A stretch of DNA of 64,000 bases from the human T2T-CHM13v2.0 reference genome, Homo sapiens. The position numbers and the translations under genes are program-made. Where the stretch lies: the NCBI RefSeq assembly GCF_009914755.1, contig NC_060939.1; one strand, written 5' to 3'. Below the pieces are notes generated by a model, which saw only the letters and a list, made by a program, of their open reading frames with translations, did not search any database and was not told the DNA's origin. Shown one piece after another: positions 29,013-42,011 of the stretch. Every line of letters starts with the position of its first letter. The stretch's first letter is position 1.

Positions 29013-30619
29013 TTAGCAGAATTCTTCTCCTCCCTGCACATTCAACCCCCATATTCTAACCATTGGTACCATTCCAAAATCTTACTATACTTATGCCCTT
29101 CTTTCCTGTGCTATGTTAAAACTTCTGGTTAACTATGCTGTCCATATTCTACACATTCACGTCTTAAATAAATACATTTTTTTTTATATTGGCGATTCCA
29201 AATTGCCTACAAAACAATTACAAAATACGTCAAGCACACAGTAAAGACTAGTCAAGTATGAAATAGTATAGAGTAAAAGTGTTTCAAGGCAGACAAACTG
29301 ACCTAAATTCACAGTCAATTGTTCTGCATTGTTAGGACTTCACTAATGATTGTATTTGTTCCATCTTGTCAAGGTTGATCTGCCATTTATGCAATCCATT
29401 GATCTACAGACAAGAATTAATTTCGAACTCAACAACTTCTGTCAAAGTAAGGAGCTTAGTTTGAAAATATAGTTTTCTGTTGCAGATCTTTGCTGATATC
29501 TTCTAAAACTGAAATTCAGGCAGTACCAACACTAAAATAGAAAACAAATCGAAACAAAAAATCAACTCCATGCAAATGTAGGCTTAAATGTAGGGTGAAT
29601 ATATTTGTATCCTACCTTTTCCTCTACCTTTTCTCCTTCCACCCTCTACATGCCTCCCTGTCACCCATCCATCAGCATTGTCAAAGTTGTTTACATTCTG
29701 TCCTGCAATCACGAGCAAATGTACTTTGTGTAAACTGATAGAAAACATTGGAAACAAAAACAGAAACCTGTTTACATTATCATGATCATGCAAATGCTGT
29801 TCATTCCTGTATTGAACAGCATGCCAGGATTACCTCTTCTTTGTAGGTCTCACCTTGGGATCCTTGAGTCATTGGTAGGAAAAGTTTCTAGCATCAAAGC
29901 TAAAAGTGTGTTTTCCCATTATACTCAATTAATTCTATAAAATCAATTTACATTTGACTTTGCTTCACGGTTGGACCATTACTCTCCTTCTTTTGTTTTC
30001 CTTGGAGTTTCTAATTTTTTTTTCATTTCAGTTTGTGCTTTTGCCTTGAACATATCACCAAACATGTCCAAGCTATCTTGCAAAGACATTTGTAAATATT
30101 TTTATACTCAGAACCTAAACTCTCTTTCTGTGCTGGGGAATTTTCCACAGGGTGCGTCTTTTGGAGTCAAAGCCCAAGTTCCTCTATTGAAAGCTGAAAA
30201 TGCCCCAGTCTACTTCCCTGATATCCTTTGCATCTAGGCCATGAACAAGTTACCTAGGATTTGCCTATAAAATTTTACTACTGAAGACTTTAAATTAAGA
30301 ACTAATGACTCAAAGAAGTGGGCACCATGAAGTGTTAAGTCTGGATGGTATGGTTGGCGGCAGTGGCTGGAGTGATGAATTTCTGTAGACCCCAAGACAG
30401 TGGTATTAGGGTGCCTAGTGCCCAGGCCCAGGAGCAACCATGAGACAAACTGCATGTTCAGCCTTCAATGGAGGTGGGAGTGGTGTCCCACGGGTCTAAA
30501 GCCATGGCCTAATTTTGGCAACTCTCTCTGGCAGCTGCTCAGCTGCCCCTTTTCCTCCACTTTTCTCAACCTGATATTTCAAACTTATCAGTAATGAGGT
30601 GTACATTTTCTAAATACTT

Positions 30620-31390
30620 ACTGTCTAAAAGGCTTTCTATTCCGAACTCCCACTTCAGTGGACATAAACTTTGAGCTTGAGTATAATTTTCCGTCAAATT
30701 TGAAGTTTCTTGCTTCATTGTCTTCTACCTTCCAACCTTGCTTTTTGAAAAGACTGATGCCAATTGCATTCTTTTTTCTTTGTAGGGATTTGGGAAAATA
30801 ATTTCTGAAAGATTTGCAGGTCTTCTCTTTATCCCTGGTGTTCTGAATTCACAAGGCTGTGTCTAGAAAAGGTTTATTTCTATTATTTGGAATCAGCACT
30901 TTGTAAGTCCTTTCCATTGGATGGTGCCAGTATTGCAGCTCTGAGAAAATTCCTTTTTTTATTGATTTTTTACTTCCTTTTGTTTTCTTAATTCTTTCTT
31001 TCTAAGAAGCTTATTAATCCAATATGCACTCCCTGGATGTTTCCTTTCCCTATGTCTCTTATCTTTTCTTGCATTTTTTTCCCATTTCTGTCTTTTTCTT
31101 CTATTTTCTGAGAAATACCACAGACTTTAATTCTTTTATTGATTTTTTGGTTGCTTTTGGCAATTGTATGTTAATCAGCAGAGGCTTTTTCTTTTTTCTT
31201 GTTCTCTCAGTGTCTTTTTATGGCATTCAAATCTTGTTTCGTGAATATATTTTCTAATCTCTCTGAGCTTATTACTGAGGAAGGGTTTAAATGCTTCTCT
31301 TTCATTTTATGAATCATTTCTTTTCCCCATAGCCTTTTGTTGTATGATTTGGGTTCTAATAGTTCTCCTCATTGGCTTTGTGCTTTTTAC
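30620..31390 (-). mobile_element. Ancient L1M/HAL1 ORF1-region fragment
   Basis: T-rich antisense L1 ORF1-like text (cttcattgtcttctaccttcc ... aagactgatgccaatt; tctttatccctggtgttctgaatt). Confidence 0.6.
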
Positions 31391-31844
31391 TTTCCATTAC
31401 TATTTACACAGAAAACTGGGTACAAAAATGGTGTTCCTCTGATACCATAAAAGTAAAACTACCCCTGGCCAGAATAAAATACAATTCATATTGGCAAGGC
31501 TTTCCTATTTTTTGGCAATAAGAAGCCCATGAAATTATAATTAATGTGTAATTGAAGTAAGTAAGGTGCTTCTCTGGACAAGGTGTTTCCATAAAAAACT
31601 CATCACAGAGCAACGGGATGATGTATATTGTGAAGCCAGAATACAGGCACCAAAACCAAAATACATTCCATCTGAACCAGGCTCCAGGCCCATGATGACA
31701 ATACTCACACTTTCTAGGGGTCTGAGAATCACCTTCCTTTACTGCAGACGGACCTTCCCTATTACTCCTGTCTCCAGCTATAATTGACCTTTAATCTCTC
31801 CGAGTGACCTACCAGCTACTGAAGTTAAGGAAACCTTGTTTAGA

Positions 31845-31990
31845 TTGGTGGTTTTTCATTTCTTCTAGGTCACTGACTGCTTTGAGTGTCTGACAAGAAC
31901 ATCAGCTCTTTTCCCCCAGAAAAATGTATATACTTAAAATTGTTTGGATATAATTATAAAAATTTCAATTCATCCATAAACCTTGTGGCC
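31845..31990. mobile_element. Probable hAT-Charlie MITE fragment
   Basis: ggtggtttttca ... ctttgagtgtctgacaagaac ... cccccagaaaaatg resembles old MER/Charlie elements. Confidence 0.4.
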
Positions 31991-32290
31991 CAGAGGTGAG
32001 AAGCTCTTTTCTGTGTTATGAAAAGTCCAAATTTTAACAACTGACATACTATCCAAAAGCCAATGCAAATGTCTAACCACCATATCAGAAAGTGTCCTGC
32101 TATCGGCATTATTCTAGGAGTAAGCAAAGAAGTGCGATAATAGTATTTTATCAAAAGATCTTCCAGTGACTGAAAACTAGAGCTTAAAAAGCAACTCAAA
32201 TATCAAGGGCACAAGAGCTGGAAATTCCAGTCCCCTGATGAGGAAATCTATGCTACGTGAAAAGATGCTTTAAAATTAGTTCCCAGATTG

Positions 32291-32617
<327 letters not shown>

Positions 32618-33639
32618 AAAATTAGTCCCCAGCTTGATTTTGTGCCACTGGCCCAAGAATAAACCAGTTTTCCTGTCTGGTGACACACAGGACAACTCTC
32701 TGGAATTGATGTGAAGATAGAGCTGGGTTTGGTTCACAGAAGAAACTGTGCAGGTGGGAAGTCAGTTCCGCAGACTCGCCATGAGTCTGACCCAGCTCAC
32801 TGTTCTCTATGAACTCTTCTTCGTCTTGTCCCTGTGAAGAAAATATTCAACCTGGTCTGTCTTCTACTCTTTGGGTCTGGAGAGATGGGGTCTTGTAGTC
32901 CACACAAATGGAGAGTTTCACAGCAGGGCAATACAATGAGGTCAAGAGTCACTATTATCCTTACAGATTACATCAAAAGATGTAATTTATCTTTTTGGAG
33001 TTTGAATCCAGAAGTGTCAAGGCAGCAAGATGAAAAGCAGGAATTTATACAGCATGTTCTTGCCCACTTGCCCTCATACCTGGAGGAATGAGTCCTCTAA
33101 AAGTTACATATTATAGCCTTAACTCACATACCTTAACTTTTGTATGGAGAAGTGCATAATCCTTGAAATTGACTCGTTTGGGCGTAATGACTAACTAGCT
33201 ATAAAAGCAAAGTTTGAATTGCTAATTTAAAAGTCCACAGGCTGACTGACATTAAGATGTAAATACAAATTTCCCAGTACACACCTTGCATCTGACAGCT
33301 ACATGACCACTATGTTCCAAAGAAGTCTAACAGCCACAGGCCATTGCTGGGTGGCAGAGGTAAGAGACTCCATGGGGTTATTTGGCTATATTTTATTACC
33401 GAGCTCAGGACTTGCTTGTGCCAGAACCAGGAGATGTTGACCTTTTATAATTGAGGCAATCTCCTTAAAGGTCAACCCTGACAGAAAAGACTGTAATTGT
33501 GATTGGAATTGCCAACTCCCAGGGCTACGTGAACTCAGACAAGCATTTGCTGTTTTCTCTCACCGCTCTTTCAGCAACTCTACTCAGGCCACGTGGGGTT
33601 TTAATATCATCAACTGGGGGGAAATCAACCAAATACAAC

Positions 33640-33770
33640 AGCTGCCACTCCTTGAGGGCAGGGATTGGGTCTTTTTCCATCATGTTACCTGTAATATTTA
33701 GCCCAGTGCCTAACAAGTTTACTAAATATTTGTTCTCTCACTGACCAACTGAACAAATGAACAAATGTTC
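33640..33770 (+). mobile_element. L2 3' end
   Basis: ctccttgagggcagggattgggtc ... ctaaatatttgtt ... gaacaaatgaacaaatg. Confidence 0.65.
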
Positions 33771-33959
33771 TCACAGTAAATAGTAATGAAATGCCAGCAT
33801 TTTCCTGGAGTTTTCCCAGAGGGATGTATTCAATTTTACCATTCCTGGCAACATTGAGGGCTCTAAGCTACCTAAACCTGGAAGCAAAACAGAAAGGTAA
33901 ATTTTCTTGAGCCATTATATGTTTCCCACAGTCTTATCTGAGCTCCCCTTGATGAGGAA

Positions 33960-34145
33960 TAACCTGTCATGTGCCTTAAAGCCTCAAAACCACAACCTCA
34001 TATAGGTTATGATGCTAATTTTACCGATGAGGAAGTGGAGACTCAGACTGTTTAAAGAGCTTTCCAAGAACCTACAGATAAGTACACGTGGATCCGGGAT
34101 TGGAAGTCCAAGTCTGTCAGATTCTGACATGTAAAGCTTTCTCCC
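33960..34145 (-). mobile_element. MIR SINE
   Basis: ttttaccgatgaggaagtggagactcaga ... gggattggaagtccaagtctgtc. Confidence 0.75.
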
Positions 34146-35882
34146 CCACACAGACCCAAGGGAGCCTTTGGAGTGGTTCTTCTTGTCCTCAAAGACTCTC
34201 ACTTTCTCCAAAGTTCCCATCACCTGTAAATGAGAAAGGTGACCCCATCAGGCTCCAATTCAGACATAGTATAGCATTTATCTAATGTGGGCTTGAAGCC
34301 CTTCACTGCTAGCTCTCTGTTGAGTCAAATTCCAGTCAAAGTGAACATGAGTGTGACATGTGTGCAGTAGATTCTGGCCAAGGGTGTAGACTGTGAAATA
34401 AATGCCTGCACTCACAGACTGCTTCTTAGGTGTGTGACACTGCATTGAATCTTTCCTTGCTGGTGCAACAGGAGAGCCCAGTCCAGTGCCTCTTCTACTA
34501 CCTAATGCTAAATGTGTTCAATATCCTTTAGAGGGCAAGGTTCTGTGTAATGCGGAACACTCCTGACTCTACCTGGAGAATTGCGTGAACACCCAAGATC
34601 AGAAGCCAAGATGTCAGATCAACAAAATGCCACGGGGCAGGCACTCACCTCAATCTCTCATTCAGAAGGGTGTGCAATTCCAAGTGGAAGTGGGACCCCC
34701 AAACCAGCTGTGAATTCTGAAGGCAGCTGAAAAGCCGGGAGATTCACAGCATACTGTCTCTCCCCAAGGTGTGGGTGCAGGTTTCTCTCTCGGGACATTC
34801 TCACCTCCCGCTGGGGTACCTCCCCCAGCGTTCAGCAAAGTGCAACAGGAGGTCAGGAGCTCCCAGGACTATGATTCTCTCTCCCTACCAGACAGGGATG
34901 ATTTGATCTGGTTCCAGTCCAACCCAAAGCTACTTCAGTAAACAGTGTTTTTTTTTTTGTTTTTGTTTTTTCTGAAGATTGCCTATTTCTGTCTTTTACC
35001 TCCCTTGCATATGGCAAGGAGAAATAAGATAATATATGTGCAATGCTTTGAGCTCCTTGGGAAAGCAGCACTCTTTAAGTGCATGATATTAATAATAGCA
35101 ATATTTCTGTTACCACGAAGACAAGCTGAGTCCATCTTTCACATGTCCTTTTAAGTCATTTTCCCTGCGGCTGCCTTTTCTGGTAAAATGGTTCTAAATG
35201 AGCCATACAAATCTCTAGTTTTAAAATACTCATTTGGGGAAAATGCTGGTTAGGCTGTATCTTACCTGGAAGGGGAATATGCCTATGTTTGTTTCTTGAA
35301 ATGATGATGATTCCGGTAGGTCAGGAATGGGAGGGCAGTCAACCACCAGGAAACAGACATGTGAAATATGCAATTGGTGTGGAAAATAGAAATCCACAGA
35401 TACCCTGCCCACCATGGCCAGGATTCCAGGCCCATTTCCTGCCGAGCAATGTGAGCAAGTGACAATAAACTCCTTTTCTGAGAGTTATAAAACACAAGTA
35501 TCTAGCAGCCAAGCCCCTCATTCTGTTAGAAAGAGACCTGACATTACTATTCCCAATATTAGCAAAAATACTGTGATGATGATGACAACAGGCATCATTT
35601 ATCAAAATCCTGCCTCATTCAGAAATTGTGCTAAACTCTATATTCCTTGTCTCATTTTATTCAATCCTCCCAATAAAACCACGACAGATATTATTATCTT
35701 TAAAACTCCGAGATGATTAGTAACTAGTCCAATGTCATACAGCAATAATTTAAAATTTGAACTTCAAATTAAAAATAATATGCTCTGGTTATTTTTTTAA
35801 AAAAATAAAGAAATAAGTGGAACCTGCTCCTTTACTGTACCCCCTACCACTCCTCTCCATCCATTCAGATGCATTTGGTGCT

Positions 35883-36396
35883 TGGGATGTTTAGTTTTAT
35901 GTGTCAACTTGACTGGCTCATGGGATGCCCAGATAACTGGTTAAATACTGTTTCTGGGTGTGTCTCACCTTCAGTGTGAGCGTGTTTTTGAAAGAGATGA
36001 GCATTTGACATGGTGGACTGAGTACAACAGATGGCCGTCCCTAATGTGAGTGGGCTTCATCCAGTCAGCTGAGGGCCTGAATAGAATAACAAAAGGAGTG
36101 GAGGGTCGGGGGAGATTAAATTAACCCTGCCTAGCTGCTTGAGTTGGGACATCGTCTCCTGCCCTCGCTGTTTCTGCTTCTCAGGCCTTCAGATCTAGAC
36201 TGGAATCTATCCCATCAGCTCTCTGAACCTCAGGCCTCTGAACTATACTGCTGGTTCTCATGAGTCTCCAACTTGCCGAAGGTAGATTGTAGATCATGAG
36301 ACTTCTCAGCCTCCATAGTCTCAAGAGCCAATATCTTATAATAAATATCTTCATATATATGTGGTGTGTGTGTGTGTGCATGTAGACAGACAATCA

Positions 36397-36432
<36 letters not shown>

Positions 36433-36475
36433 TAGAGAGAGATCCTGTTAATTCTGGAGAACCCTTACTAATACA
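35883..36475 (+). mobile_element. MLT2B-type solo LTR (ERVL) with internal compound microsatellite
   Basis: ttttatgtgtcaacttgactgg start and ctggagaacccttactaataca end. Perfect TSD GTGCT at 35878-35882 and 36476-36480. Confidence 0.93.
36364..36442. repeat. Compound microsatellite (TG)n ... (CA)n(GA)n
   Basis: Seen directly. Confidence 0.9.
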
Positions 36476-36819
36476 GTGCTTTTTGCATATTTGCTAGGCA
36501 CTTTTAGGTTCTGGGAATACGGCAATAAACAAAAGTATCCATCCTGGAGAAGCAGGGACCCACCCCAAATGATAATTTGAGGGCCTGGAGCACCAAAGTG
36601 AAGTTCATGTTTCCTAGTTTTTCACTAGTACAACCACACAAATGACAGTCTGTGAGCCTGTGGTTTCCAAATATTTAGCCTCTGATCCTGGGCTCTGCTC
36701 TGCCTCCAATGCCTTTCTTTCTTAGAAGGCTGCAAATGTGTTATAAATAAAACCAAATAACAGGGTGAAGCCAAGGGTCCTCTCACCCTTGGGCCTTAAA
36801 GAGCACAGTCTTCAGTATA

Positions 36820-37040
36820 AATTAAAGTTGTGTTTTACCTGTAGATCTATCATCTACTTGCTATGTGACCATGAGCAAGTCACAGCCTCTCTGAACTTCA
36901 GTGGTTCATCAGTAAATGGAAATAATATTACCCATGGCAAAGGGTGGTTGAAAGCACTGAATGAGCTGCACTTAAAGGGTCTGACACAGGGCTTGGCAGC
37001 TATGTGAACCTCATTTATGGTAAATGCTCTTACTGTTGTA
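36820..37040 (+). mobile_element. MIR SINE
   Basis: gctatgtgaccatgagcaagtcacagcctctctgaacttcagt core. Confidence 0.8.
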
Positions 37041-38624
37041 AAATCCAAGAAGAATGTGCAAAAACAACCAGGCCTTAAGGGTAAAACCTACTGGAGACTG
37101 GTGAAGTGCCAGCATGACCATTTTGAAGCCTGTGAAATCCGTAATAGAAATCCTTCCAGCATCCACACTTGTCCAAAACTCGTCTGCACAGGAAGATTGC
37201 TAATAAAATGGGAACAAAGGAAATCATGAGGAAACCATCCATTCAACAACCAAATAAAGCCAGCGCAAAACCACCCACTGCCCCCTACCACAACAGACTG
37301 ATGGGTCACAAGGCAGGGGGCCCAGGGTTGCTGCAGAGCCCCCTTATTAAACAGAGCCCTGAAGAGAGGCCATCCATTCACAGGCTGCAGCCCCTGGGGG
37401 GCTCTGGATTGTCCACCCTTTCCTTGCAAGCACTTACATCTTCAATAGGGGATTGACACAGCATTGGGCATAATTAACTGCCTTCTAATTCATCCCAGCA
37501 CTGGGCCTTGTTCTCAGGAAACTGAGAATGAATTTGGTATTTAGCCTTAATGAAGGAAAACAAGTCTAAGTGTTAAGAAGCCCCCAACTTCCTTGTGTGA
37601 CGGGCAAGTGTATCTCGTTTTATTCGTTCACAACAACCACACATACTCTATTTTTCTTTGCTTGCGGAAGAATGTCATCGTGAGGCAGAACAAATATGAC
37701 AATTTAAATGCGTACCCCGGGGCTTAAGTAGCACAATGCCAAAACTTTTAGTGATCGTGGTAGATACAGACAGTCTGACCCCCAGCTGCAGACCTGAGAA
37801 AAGGAGGCTGTGCTGCCCAAACACAAAACAAATAAGATCTCTTTTGTAAAGGATTCTGTCAAGTGTCTTTTTTATTTATGTTGCCTTTTGTCACACTCAA
37901 TCAGAAGTCAGAATATGAAAACTCTTTCCTGCTGTTTGCCTATTTTCCTTTTCTCACTAAAAATTTTTCTTGCTTCATGTTAAAAAATACACAAACAAAT
38001 GAAGTTATTTATTTTAAGATAGGGCTATAAAATAACAGGCAATGAAAAAGAAATTAAGCATCCTAGAATAATTATTAGCATAAATAGTAGCAATCTTAGG
38101 AAATTTCACGAATATACCAAAGACACTTTGGCTGGTCCCTGGGTATCAATGGCCCTTCTTCCTCTCTGATGGGGACCAGATTTGGTTGGGTGTCCTCTCC
38201 TTCTTCTCACAAGTCACAGGTACATTCTGAATTGCCCAAGCAAGTGATGCAGACTTCCTTTGGTAGAAACAGGCTTAGAAGTGGGCAGGGATGCCAGTCC
38301 TGGCCAATGAAATGTGAGAAGAGGCCCACTGGAAGTCTTCAAGGAAAGGTTTTAATAAGAATTAGCAAGCCTGAGAGCTACTCTACTGTGTAACATTTTG
38401 TTTGTAAGATTTTTTTTCCTTATTCTTTAAGACTGTTGAGTTGGAGGTTTCCTATTTGTCACTGAAAACATTCAAACTGATAAATGATAACTGCTCAAAT
38501 CGTTTTGTAATCTTCTCTATGGAAAATGCTGTCAAAATCAATTTAACACCATCACAGGGAAAATTCTGTAGTAGTTACCTGTTGCTTCTGCTCAGCATCC
38601 GTTTCCCTTTCTTAGTAAGAGTAA

Positions 38625-38782
38625 CCGGTGTTTCTCAAACATGAATGTGCAGATGAGTCATCTGGGGGTCTTGTGAAAACACATGCTCTGGTTCAGTAGG
38701 CATGGAGTGGGAACTGAGACTCTGCATTTCTCTCTGGTGATGCTGATGTTACTGCTCCCTGGAGCACTCTTTGTATAATAGG
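38625..38782. mobile_element. MER5A-type hAT-Charlie MITE
   Basis: gtgtttctcaaac ... ttcagtaggcatggagtggg ... ctgagactctgcatttct ... ggtgatgctgatg. Confidence 0.8.
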
Positions 38783-38789
38783 GGTCTAT

Positions 38790-39300
38790 ATTTCCATTGG
38801 GACAACCAGTCCAACCAGTCTTTTTCCATAGCCCAAAATATTTAGGTGAAATTATCTTAAGATAGTAGGAGAAGTCCATTTCTGGGCTACAGTTATTGGT
38901 TCAGAGATGGGCAGTTCACTCAATATGAGCCAATAAAATAGGAGATGTTTGCTGGAAGCCATTAAGAAAGAAGGCTTTTCACTTTCCAAGAGAGCTGTTG
39001 GGAGAGTTTTCTTTGGATGATATGTAAAAGGATGTGGTGGTTGGAACTATGCTAGCCATTTCTGCAGCAATGAAGGGAGGACAAAGCCCACTCACTGAAG
39101 AGGGCAGAGCTGAGAGAAGCATAGAGATGTGAAGCCCCTGGGGATAAAGTTGTAAACCTCTGGGGTGAGCTCCACCTGAAATTAAAGATTCTTCCAGATT
39201 CTTTATTGACATGAGCCAATAAGCTCCCCTTTCCCCTTTGCTTAAGCAATTTTGGGCTGGGTTTTATATCAATTGCATGAAAACAGTCTTAAATAACACA
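38790..39300 (+). mobile_element. MLT1K/J-type solo LTR
   Basis: attggttcagagatgggca; acatgagccaataag...ttgcttaagcaattttgggctgggtttt...cttaaataacaca. Confidence 0.7.
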
Positions 39301-39326
39301 ATTAGAATCAATGCTGTAGATTACAG

Positions 39327-39714
39327 CAGGGGCTGCAGACTATAGTCAGAAGCCTCTGTATGGCCCTAGAACTAAGACTTCTTCTTACCTTTTTAAAGGA
39401 TTGTAAAAAAGAGAAAGATAAAGAGAGAGAGAAAGGATGTCAGCAAGGAAGGAACGGAGAGAGAAAGGTGAAGAAGAAGGAGAGGGAGAGAAAGATGGAG
39501 ATGAAGATGAAAAAGAAGAGGAGAAGGAGGGATTGGGAGAAGAAGAGGAAAAAGAAGCTGGGAAGAAGAAGAAGAAGCAGGAGGAGAAGGAGAAGGAAAA
39601 GAAGAAGAAAGAGGAGAAGGAAGAGGAGGGGAGGAAAAGAGGGAGGAAGGAGAGGAAGAAGAGGAGAAGGAGAAGGGTGAGAAGGGGCAACATAGACAGC
39701 ATATGGCCCTAAAG
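39327..39714 (+). mobile_element. MER58C-like hAT-Charlie element split by a GA-rich expansion
   Basis: Left part tgtatggccctagaactaaga...tttttaaaggattgtaaaaaa; right part gcaacatagacagcatatggccctaaag. Confidence 0.55.
39405..39687. repeat. GA-rich low-complexity polypurine tract (about 280 bp)
   Basis: Seen directly; (GAA/GGA/GAG)n. Confidence 0.95.
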
Positions 39715-39889
39715 CAGGGATCAGCTAGCTTTTTCTGCAAAGAACCAGACAGTTAATATCTTAGGCTTTGTAGGTCATATGATAACCACCCCAACTACTC
39801 AACCTGCTGTTGCAATTGAAAGCAGCCATAGAAGATATGTAAATGAATGTGCATGGCAGTGTATCAGTAAAACTTTATTTACCAAAAAG
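39715..39889 (-). mobile_element. MER58A (hAT-Charlie), one end missing
   Basis: ccagacagttaatatcttaggctttg; caactactcaac; aaagcagccatagaagatatgtaaatgaatg; aaaactttattta. Confidence 0.85.
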
Positions 39890-40261
39890 TAGAAGAAGGA
39901 AAAAAAGAAAATAATAATCTAATCAAATGCCTTATTCAGTAAACTTGTTTCCAAAAACTCAAGGAATGGTGAACATTTATGTTTGATAGGGACACTACAA
40001 AAAATGAGCCAAAGATCTTGAAGGAGCTCCAGCAAAGGAGTGACTATACTTGTAAGCAGTGACTGCCTCTGCGTAAGTGCAGTCCTTCAGATAGCTACCT
40101 TGAGGCTTCTCTGTAGCCACATGAGCTTTGGCATGTTTGTAGAACCCATATTTTCCAGGTCCACCAGCCTGAAGATACAAATGGCTAACAGCTAGAAACT
40201 CAACACAGGATTTCTCTGGCTTGACCACCTCACCACATTTTTTCTGTGGGAAATTTGTCCC

Positions 40262-40624
40262 TGATATGGTTTGTCTCTGTGTCCCTACCCAAATCTCATC
40301 GCGAATTGTACTCCCCATGTGTCAAGGGAGGGAGCTGGTGGGAGGTGGTTGGATCATGGGAGCAGTTTCCCCCATCCTGATCTTGTGATAGTGAGTGAGT
40401 TCTTATGAGAACTGATGGTTTTAAAATGCTGGGCAGTTCCCTTCCCCCTCTCTCGCCTACCACTATGTAAGATGTGCCTTGCTTCTCCTTCCCTTTGCCC
40501 ATGATTTTAAGTTTCCTGAGGCCTCCCCAGCCTCATGTGAAACTGTGAATCAATTAAACCTCTTTTCTTTGTAAATTATCCAGTCTCAGGTAGTTCTTTA
40601 TAGCAGTGAAAAGGAACCAATATA
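40262..40624 (+). mobile_element. THE1D-type solo LTR
   Basis: tgatatggtttg start; aagtttcctgaggcctccccagcc; caattaaacctcttttcttt. Confidence 0.93.
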
Positions 40625-41021
40625 GTCTGTCTTCAAATCCTCAAATGGCTTGCATAGCTATAATCTCTGCAGGCTCTCAGTCTTTTTGGCTAAATTTTAA
40701 AAAATTTCTTTCTTTTCTATTCCAGAGTGCTACAGTAGTAACAATGGTGGAAGCTAAGCACATGATTATACTACTGTCTTCCAAGCTAAGTGCTGAGTCC
40801 AAGGCCAAGAGCACTGATATTTGAGACAAAGGTGCTTACATTGTGAATAATGACTTATTGACTGATATTAAGTTTCCCCGTACTGCTGCTGCCCTGGTTT
40901 TGCTCCTGGTTGCTTAGCCCAGTCTACCGGTATCTAGACTTTAAAGACATGGCTTTTTTCCCTTGACATTCTTATCACAACTTCCTTGACCCCAAATTTA
41001 GCAAAGTTTTGCATTTGGTCC

Positions 41022-41818
41022 TTGCGGTACCCAAAAAATGATATCCAGGCCCTAATTGCCAAACTTTTTTTTTTTTTTTTTTTTTAGACAGAATTTTGCT
41101 CTTGTTGCCCAGGCTGGAGTGTGATGGCATGGACTCGGCTCACCACAACCTCTGCCTCCTGGGTTCAAGCAATTCTTCTGCCTCAGCCTCCTGAGTAGCT
41201 GGGATTACAGACATGTGCCACCGCGCCAGGCTAATTTTTTTGTATTTTTAGTAGAGACGGGGTTTCTCTGTGTTGGTCAGGCTGGTCACAAACTCCCAAC
41301 CTCAGGTGATCTGCCCCCCTCGACCTCCCAATGTGCTGGGATTATAAGCGTGGGCCACCACGCCTGGCCACTAATCGCCAAACTTTTTGAATGTTACCTT
41401 ATATGACAAAAGTGACTAGTGATTAGATATAATTAAAATGAGTATTTTTGACACAGGTAGATTACCATGAATTATTTGAATGGGCCCCAAATGTAATCAG
41501 AAGTGTCCTTATGAGTGGGAGGCAGAGAGGTTTGAATATAGAACAGGAAAAAGTGTTGTGACAATAGAAGCAAAAATTGGAATGATGTGACCATAAGCCA
41601 AAGAATGCTGGCAGCCACCAAAACCTGGAAGAGCCAAAGCATTCATTATCCCCTGAAGCTTCCACAATGAACCAACCCTGTCTACATCTTCATTTTACCT
41701 CCATAAAACTCACTTTGGACCTATGGCCTCCAGAAATGTAAGAATACATTTCTGTTATTTTAAGTCCCTAAAATAACAAATAAAATATTTGTGATGATTT
41801 AAATAAGAAACTCATACA
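41022..41818 (+). mobile_element. MLT1C/D-type solo LTR interrupted by an Alu
   Basis: tgaatgttaccttatatg; gggccccaaatgtaatca; aagccaaagaatgctggcagccacca; tggcctccagaa; gaaactcataca end. Confidence 0.85.
41065..41369 (-). mobile_element. AluS (Sp-like)
   Basis: Poly(T) then antisense dimer (gctcttgttgcccagg). TSD ctaat(t/c)gccaaacttt on both sides. Confidence 0.95.
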
Positions 41819-42011
41819 GGCCTGGAGATAATCCTTGCGTTCAGAATCCTCCATTCCTTCCAAGTTCCCTTAATCAACTATGTTTCCTTAAGATGCTCTA
41901 TTGAAGACACTCCTGCCAGGCACACCCCACCAGTCCTTTGAAAACAGCCAGATACACCTAAATACCAACTAAGGCTAAAGCAAGAAATCCTGATTCTTAT
42001 CTCATTATAAA

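Noticed and set aside
29380-29520. Faint resemblance to a hAT transposase C-terminal coding motif on the minus strand
   Set aside because: Manual translation did not recover the ERxFS motif in frame; unsupported.
39360-39740. Overlapping Lys/Arg/Glu-rich and Ser/Phe-rich ORFs
   Set aside because: Artefact of the polypurine tract; open in several frames on both strands.
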